Assembly: GCA_039803205.1 (NCBI GenBank)
Contig: JBDRYB010000005.1
Location: 32,001 to 96,000 of the forward strand
Length of the DNA stretch: 64,000 bases
Source: a candidate division WOR-3 bacterium
GTDB lineage: Bacteria > Hydrothermota > Hydrothermia > JBDRYB01
Direction of reading: 5' to 3'
Part shown: positions 58,500-64,000 of the stretch, in pieces
Numbering within the stretch: position 1 is the stretch's first letter
Layout: every line of letters begins with the position of its first letter
The notes under the pieces: generated by a model
Told to the model about the DNA's origin: nothing
Database searches by the model: none
The model's input: only the letters and a program-made list of their open reading frames with translations
Position numbers and translations under genes: made by a program

Positions 58500-59685
58500 G
58501 CCTCTTCCTAACCATATCAAGCGCGGTCTTGGCTACGGAAAGCTTGACCCCGGACCTCGTGCCTCCGAACCGGAACCCCGAGGATTCTGTTCTCCCCTTA
58601 AACCAAAGCCCTATGTAGCTCTCTCCGGCCGGATGCTCTCCATCAGGTCCTGGCCCAGCAACGCATGTTGAGGAGAGGGCGATATCCGATCCGAATAGCT
58701 CAGCGGCCCCCATCGCCATCGCCTCTGCGACCTCAGGAGAATACACACTGCACCTTTCTATTATCTCCATAGGGACACCGAGGACACGGTTCTTGGCATC
58801 CGGGGTATACGCAACGACCCCGCCCCTCATGTAATCCGAAGAACCAGGGACCTGGGTGATGAGATGGGCAATCAGGCCGCCGGTGCAGCTTTCGGCTGTT
58901 GCAATAGAAACCCCTCTTTCTCTGAGGAGCCTCCCCAGAGCGGCCTCAATCCCCTCATCCTCTAGACTGTAAACAGCCTTGCCGAGCTCATCGCTTGCCA
59001 GCTTAATAAGCCTTGATAGCTCATCCTCATTGGGGGACCCTATTTTGAGGATAACCTCAACGAGCCTCGGATAATACGCTATCCTCCCGGAGAGCTCGGG
59101 AATCCTCTCAAGCCTCTCAGCTATCTCTGCCTCCTTCATCCCGGCCACGCTTATGGTTCCGATGAACAAGGGCTCTTCCGCCAGATCCCTCAGAAGGTCC
59201 AAAGCCCTCGGCAGAAGGCCAGAGACCTCATCCGGAACCCCTGGAAGCGCGAGCGCGAACCTCCTCCCCTCCCTCCAAAGTAGGCCTGGGGCTATGCCAA
59301 CTGGATTAGGGATAATTGCAAATCCCTTTGGAACCAGGGCGTAATTCCTGTGGATCCCGAGCTCCTCGTGGCCCAAAGCGGACAGCCTTTCCTTTATCCG
59401 CATGTAGAGGGATTCGTCAAACGCGATCTCGGTTCCGAGGGCACGGGCCAAAGCCTGTCTCGTCTTGTCATCTGCTGTTGGGCCAAGCCCTCCGGAGAGA
59501 ACAACCCGGCCATCTTCTGATAGCGCGCGGTTTATGGCAGAGGATATCGCATCCTCATCATCAGGGAGGACCTCCGCTCGGCTGATGCGCACGCCCAGAT
59601 GTGAGAAACCCTGGGCTATGAGGGCCAAGTTCGCGTCCCGAACCCGACCGGATAGGATCTCATCGCCTACGAGGATAACGCGCAC
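58492..59685 (-). CDS. cinA: CinA (MoCF-like domain + NMN deamidase PncC)
   Basis: GDEILSG, GGLGPT.DD.T, LPGVP, AESCTGG. Confidence 0.93.
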   Translation of the reverse strand: MRVILVGDEILSGRVRDANLALIAQGFSHLGVRISRAEVLPDDEDAISSAINRALSEDGRVVLSGGLGPTADDKTRQALARALGTEIAFDESLYMRIKERLSALGHEELGIHRNYALVPKGFAIIPNPVGIAPGLLWREGRRFALALPGVPDEVSGLLPRALDLLRDLAEEPLFIGTISVAGMKEAEIAERLERIPELSGRIAYYPRLVEVILKIGSPNEDELSRLIKLASDELGKAVYSLEDEGIEAALGRLLRERGVSIATAESCTGGLIAHLITQVPGSSDYMRGGVVAYTPDAKNRVLGVPMEIIERCSVYSPEVAEAMAMGAAELFGSDIALSSTCVAGPGPDGEHPAGESYIGLWFKGRTESSGFRFGGTRSGVKLSVAKTALDMVRKRLI

Positions 59686-59798
59686 GGGAAAATTATATCG
59701 GGTAAGCCAGGGTCCTCGCCAGTCAAGGAGAGGAGGCAGAATTTGGTTGATCCCTCCGGCGAATTCGTCTTATAATTATGAGGCCTTAGGAGGTAAGC

Positions 59799-60482
59799 AT
59801 GAGAAAGCTCACATACATAACAGGAACGATGGCCCTCCTCCTTGCCCTGTCCTGCGGCAAGGGAGGAGAGGAAGAGGCTCCCGATCCCATGCCACTCTCG
59901 GTAGGGAACTGGTGGCTCTACCAGGGTTTCCCGGACACCACTAGGTGGTCCAAGGACAGCATCGTGGCCCAGGAGGCCTTCGGGTCTCATCCTGATGCCT
60001 ACAAGGTAGTAGAGACAGGTAGTGACAAGTGGCTTGGCAAGCTCTTGAGACTCCCCTATACCGATACCCTGTGGTTCTTCTACGACGGTGACTACTTCGT
60101 GGTCGGGAGTATCATAATGGGAGATACCTTTGAGTTAAGGTTCTTCAAGAAGAACCCCGCGGTTGGAGACAGCTGGTTCACGCGGTTCCTCAAGTCGTAT
60201 GACATGGACTCTGATGGCACGCCCGATACCGCGATCACCCGCTTCAACGGAAGCATAGTGGGACAAGAGGATGTCACGGTCCCTGCCGGAACCTTCACTG
60301 ACGCCTACAAGGCCTTCTACACCATCCTTGACAGCGTATGGCTCTCCAGCCTTGGTTCCTGGGATGTTCAGCAGGATACGATGGGATGGTCATATGTGGC
60401 TCTGGGAATCGGCCCGGTGAAGAACACGGATCCCCCTGACGAATCAACGGGATCAGTCCTCAAGGCATATGAGGTGAAATAG
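59799..60482 (+). CDS. Hypothetical lipoprotein
   Basis: LALSC lipobox; PLSVGNWWLY; EDVTVPAGTF; AGGAGG SD. Confidence 0.75.
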   Translation: MRKLTYITGTMALLLALSCGKGGEEEAPDPMPLSVGNWWLYQGFPDTTRWSKDSIVAQEAFGSHPDAYKVVETGSDKWLGKLLRLPYTDTLWFFYDGDYFVVGSIIMGDTFELRFFKKNPAVGDSWFTRFLKSYDMDSDGTPDTAITRFNGSIVGQEDVTVPAGTFTDAYKAFYTILDSVWLSSLGSWDVQQDTMGWSYVALGIGPVKNTDPPDESTGSVLKAYEVK

Positions 60483-60504
60483 GCTCTAGGCCCCCGAGAA
60501 AACC

Positions 60505-60531
60505 GGCCGCCCTCCACGGGCGGCTTTTTTT
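60505..60531 (+). terminator. Rho-independent terminator
   Basis: GCCGCCC-tccac-GGGCGGC-TTTTTTT. Confidence 0.85.
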
Positions 60532-60593
60532 GATTTGAAAAACGAAAAGCACCTTGCTTTATAATTTCCAAAACACCCCTTTTGGAGGAAGAT

Positions 60594-61499
60594 ATGAGGT
60601 TATTTTTAACTACTCTACTAATAGCCGTGCCCCTGGCGGCTCAGCGCGTTGCGGTGGCGAGTTTCCAGGCCGTTGGCCTGGACGAGGCAACCGCCAGGGC
60701 CACGACCGAGCTGGCCGGAGGGGCGCTCGCGTCTGAGGGATACTCTGTTGTTGAGGCCGAGGGCCTCAGCGATGCTGACCGCTACAACGCGCTCATCCGC
60801 GCGGAGGAGGCTGGCGCCGAGATGCTCTTCACTGGCTCCTTGACCCGTATGGGCAGGAACATAGTGCTCTGGTGCTCCCTGCTGAGGACAGACGGCTCTG
60901 TTGTCTATCAGGACAAGCTGATCCTCGGGTCCGAGGACGAGATCTCAGAAGGCCTTGAGGCAATAGTGAAGGCCACGAGGACAGGCCAAAAGGCAAGGGT
61001 TGTCCTTGAGGAGCGCAGGCTCTCTGAGAAGGGCATAACCGGCGCGAAGAGCTCCTATGTGACAACGGGCCTCACGATGGGCTCGGTCATACCCTTTGCC
61101 GGATTGTCCGAGAAAAACCCGCTTAACGGAGGCTCCATAAGCGCTAACTTTGAGATACCGAAGGGCACTTTCCAGCTGGGAACGGGGCTTTATGTGAGCG
61201 AGGACGCGCTCCTTTGGAACATAGCCGGCCTCAAAGCGAACTACATACCAATGGGCATCTCTGACTTCTCCCCATACATAGGAATGGGCGCTGGTTTCGC
61301 TGTGCTGAATTCCTGGGCAGGCGATACCGTTGAGAACACCCACGGGTGGATCTTTGAGCCCGGCTTCGGCATGATATTCTTCAGGACATATGAGGTTAGG
61401 CTCGTTGTGGATGTCCGATACGCTTTCCTCTTGGGCCGCGAAAACCCCAACGGCCTCGTGCCTTCCATAGGCTTCTCTTATCAGACAGGAGGGTTCTGA
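60594..61499 (+). CDS. Exported protein: CsgG/TolB-N-like domain plus small outer-membrane beta-barrel
   Basis: Signal peptide; VAVASF...GSL...; SPYIGMGAG, DVRY strands. Confidence 0.6.
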   Translation: MRLFLTTLLIAVPLAAQRVAVASFQAVGLDEATARATTELAGGALASEGYSVVEAEGLSDADRYNALIRAEEAGAEMLFTGSLTRMGRNIVLWCSLLRTDGSVVYQDKLILGSEDEISEGLEAIVKATRTGQKARVVLEERRLSEKGITGAKSSYVTTGLTMGSVIPFAGLSEKNPLNGGSISANFEIPKGTFQLGTGLYVSEDALLWNIAGLKANYIPMGISDFSPYIGMGAGFAVLNSWAGDTVENTHGWIFEPGFGMIFFRTYEVRLVVDVRYAFLLGRENPNGLVPSIGFSYQTGGF

Positions 61500-61500
61500 G

Positions 61501-62499
61501 ATGATGACGGCAATAGCAATTTTGCTCTCGGCGGGCAACATAGTTGTTGAGGATTTCCAGGTCATAGGCGCTGATACATCGCTGGCTCCTGTAGCGGCTG
61601 AACTGCTGAGGGCCTCGCTAGCATCGGTCGCTGGATACAACATCATAAAGACCGAGGAGAAAGACAAGAAGGCCCTCGAGGGTATGGGGGTGGAATTCAC
61701 GGCAAAGGGCTCTGCGACCCAGCTTGGGAACCAGATATCCATAAGGGTTAGGGTGGAACGACTCGCCACGGGCCAAGCGGTCTTTGACGAGAAATACCAG
61801 GTCTCGTCATACGAGGACCTGGGCTTTGCCATAGACATGCTGTGTCTGAGCCTGAAGACAGGCAAGAAGCCCCAGGAGCTCGCGGCCGAGGCCATCCTTG
61901 AGGAGACCGGCATGCGGCCCAAGCGCCAGAGCTACACATCCTTAGGCGGAACATTCGGCTCAATAACCCCCTTAATGAGCAGTTACGGCAAGGATGTTGG
62001 TCTCATATACGGGGGGATGCTGACCTTCAACTATGAAACCCCTTATTTCATGGGCCAGTGGGCAACGGGCATATATGGCGGGAGCGGCATCCTCATGTTT
62101 CCCCTTTCCATCATATCCCTGAACTGGCTCCCCAAAGGGGTTTCTACGGTCTCGCCTTACCTTGGCTTTGGCGGAGGACTGAACCTCCTGAATGTGCCGG
62201 ACAGCCAGATGGTATACGACCCGTGGTATGGGGATTCCGTTCTGACAATTGATTGGCATAACATATACGGTTGGGGTGCCTATGCTGGGGTCGGCGCGGT
62301 CTTTCTCAGGGAATACGACTTCAGGCCGTTCTTTGAGGTCAAATACGGCTATCTCTTCGGCAAGAACCCCATTACGGACAAATATCCCCAGGGCATCCAA
62401 ATATCTTTGGGCCTAACCTGGCATTCCACAGCATCACCCGGCTGTTGCGGCGGGGGCATAAGCACGGGCATGGACACGGGAGGGTGCCTGAGCTACTAG
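61501..62499 (+). CDS. Tandem paralogue of 60594-61499 with Cys-rich tail
   Basis: Shared SY...G.T.GS..P, NxExP, SPYLGFG.G, FxRxY; ends PGCCGGG...GGCLSY. Confidence 0.6.
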   Translation: MMTAIAILLSAGNIVVEDFQVIGADTSLAPVAAELLRASLASVAGYNIIKTEEKDKKALEGMGVEFTAKGSATQLGNQISIRVRVERLATGQAVFDEKYQVSSYEDLGFAIDMLCLSLKTGKKPQELAAEAILEETGMRPKRQSYTSLGGTFGSITPLMSSYGKDVGLIYGGMLTFNYETPYFMGQWATGIYGGSGILMFPLSIISLNWLPKGVSTVSPYLGFGGGLNLLNVPDSQMVYDPWYGDSVLTIDWHNIYGWGAYAGVGAVFLREYDFRPFFEVKYGYLFGKNPITDKYPQGIQISLGLTWHSTASPGCCGGGISTGMDTGGCLSY

Positions 62500-62914
62500 C
62501 CATCCTACGAGGCCAAACCGCGCACCATTAATGTCCTATGGCGCGCGGCAATTTGTCCTCACAAGAGGCAAAAGGCGCGGAACCAAATGAGGTCTTTTTC
62601 GGCCCAGAAAGGGGAACGAGACTGAGCCCGAAAAACCGGATTCCCCTCCCGAACCGGGCAACCAAACCCGGTTTTAAGCTCCCCATTCGGGAACCAAAAG
62701 CGGCTTTTGCCCCCCAGAAACCGAGAGCCATAATCGGCTTTTTGCGAGGAATTACTGGGATTCCAGGGGATCATCCTGAGAGGGTTCCAGAGATCTCCTC
62801 CGTAAGGAAAGCTTCTAAGTCTAGATTTTTTAAAAATAATCTAGAAAAAGGATCTCCTTACGGATGCGCGACCAAGGTTTTCGGCCGAGAACGGGGCTGT
62901 CATAGGCCCACGGC

Positions 62915-64000
62915 TCAGAGAAACCGCAATTTGGGATTATCGGAGCGTTTTTCACAGATTATCACGCTTTCGCCCCTTATTGCCCTGTTCCTGGTGCCCA
63001 GGAGGGGGTTGAATATGAGCCTTTCAAACCTGAAACCAGCTTCCTCGCAGAACCTCTTGGTCATCATGGTTGTTGGGATCTTCTTACCAGCAACACTGCT
63101 ATCGCCGACTATGATCGCGAGCTTGGCCCCTGGTTTTAGCGCCCAATATATGTTACTGATGGATTCCCTCAGGTCCTCGTAATACATGGCTACCCTCGTG
63201 GGCAACGAACCGTAACGGCCCCTGAGGCCCGCATCGGTTCCCCCCTTCATGCCGAGATACCTTGATTCAATCCTCTTCATGTCCACGCCGAGATACTCAT
63301 AGGCTATCTTGTCCTTGCCAACATAGTCAATTGAGAAATAGTATGGGGGGCTCGTGATGCAGGCGTCGAACCTCTCCTTGAAATCTTCAAGACTACGGAG
63401 TTCCAGAACATCTCCCTCAACTATCTCAGCAGGCTCAAACCTAAGGTTTTCCGCATCCCTTATCTCCATGGTAATTCTGTGACAATTCCTGATATAGTTC
63501 AGCTTTTCCACGAAGAGCCCGAGCTTTCCCTTTCTGTGATATCGCGAAGTCCTAGCAAAAGCGTCCACCGTATCAAAGTAGATAAGCCACATTAGCTTTT
63601 GAATGAGGGGGTCTGGATGATCCCAGCGTTTGGCCTCAATATCCTCAAGAACATCCTGAAGCTCAGCAAGGGTAAAATCAAGCCGTTTGCCATCACTGAA
63701 CAGGAGGTCGTTTTTCAACTGGGATATGATTATACCTATTGGGGTTACATCTATCCCAATGCTTTTTATGCCCATGAGGCTCGCCTCGTGGGTGGCGGTG
63801 CCGGAGCCGTTAAATGGGTCGAGAAGCAGGGAGCCTGATTTCAAGCCAAAGGCGTTTATGAGGGTTCTCACCACCCTCGGGTAAAACTTTCCCTTATACG
63901 GATAAAGGTTGTGAAAGGCATAGGCATTTGTGTCCCCGAAACCATCCACGAATCTCGTATAGAGGGTGGGTTTCCCCTTAACCTTCTCAAGATGGGCAAC
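62915..64000 (-). CDS. DNA methyltransferase, probably N4-cytosine (alpha-type motif order); 5' end outside window
   Basis: YPYKGKF, LDPFNGSG before TSPPY; frame open from 64000. Confidence 0.87.
   Translation of the reverse strand, partial: VAHLEKVKGKPTLYTRFVDGFGDTNAYAFHNLYPYKGKFYPRVVRTLINAFGLKSGSLLLDPFNGSGTATHEASLMGIKSIGIDVTPIGIIISQLKNDLLFSDGKRLDFTLAELQDVLEDIEAKRWDHPDPLIQKLMWLIYFDTVDAFARTSRYHRKGKLGLFVEKLNYIRNCHRITMEIRDAENLRFEPAEIVEGDVLELRSLEDFKERFDACITSPPYYFSIDYVGKDKIAYEYLGVDMKRIESRYLGMKGGTDAGLRGRYGSLPTRVAMYYEDLRESISNIYWALKPGAKLAIIVGDSSVAGKKIPTTMMTKRFCEEAGFRFERLIFNPLLGTRNRAIRGESVIICEKRSDNPKLRFL

Noticed and set aside
62518..62548. dif/Xer-like site
   Set aside because: Arm spacing is one base short of the 11-6-11 layout and there is no TTATGTTAAAT-like XerD arm
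62538..63182. 214-aa + strand ORF
   Set aside because: Low-complexity translation of the structured intergenic region plus antisense of the methyltransferase

Overview
Bacterial chromosomal window. Outer-membrane genes, T9SS-like C-terminal tails, HprK and a class V FBP aldolase/phosphatase suggest a diderm, deep-branching, probably thermophilic FCB-related lineage such as WOR-3 (inference only). Main contents: (1) eight secreted beta-propeller repeat proteins and two S8 proteases with C-terminal sorting-like tails; two propeller loci are each divergent from a TPR-wHTH-BTAD (SARP-like) activator and have an 11-bp-period direct repeat exactly 7 nt before a -10 box. (2) A type I-A-like CRISPR-Cas locus (cas6, cas3', cas3'', cas8, cas7, cas5, cas4-cas1, cas2) with a 43-repeat array; cas8 contains an in-frame SD+ATG for a Csa5/Cas11-like subunit, and cas4-cas1 looks like an internal-deletion fusion. 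(3) Two DNA methyltransferases (one fused to an SNase-like domain) and an ABC-ATPase + PIN pair. (4) Housekeeping genes (fbp, miaA, hprK, hpf, pyrE, rsfS, argS, cinA, tRNA-Arg) and a degenerate stand-alone MutL C-terminal domain. Window-wide patterns: many apparently leaderless genes, very short uncharged signal peptides, and apparent GTAC/ACGT depletion. All calls come from reading motifs by eye; no searches were run.
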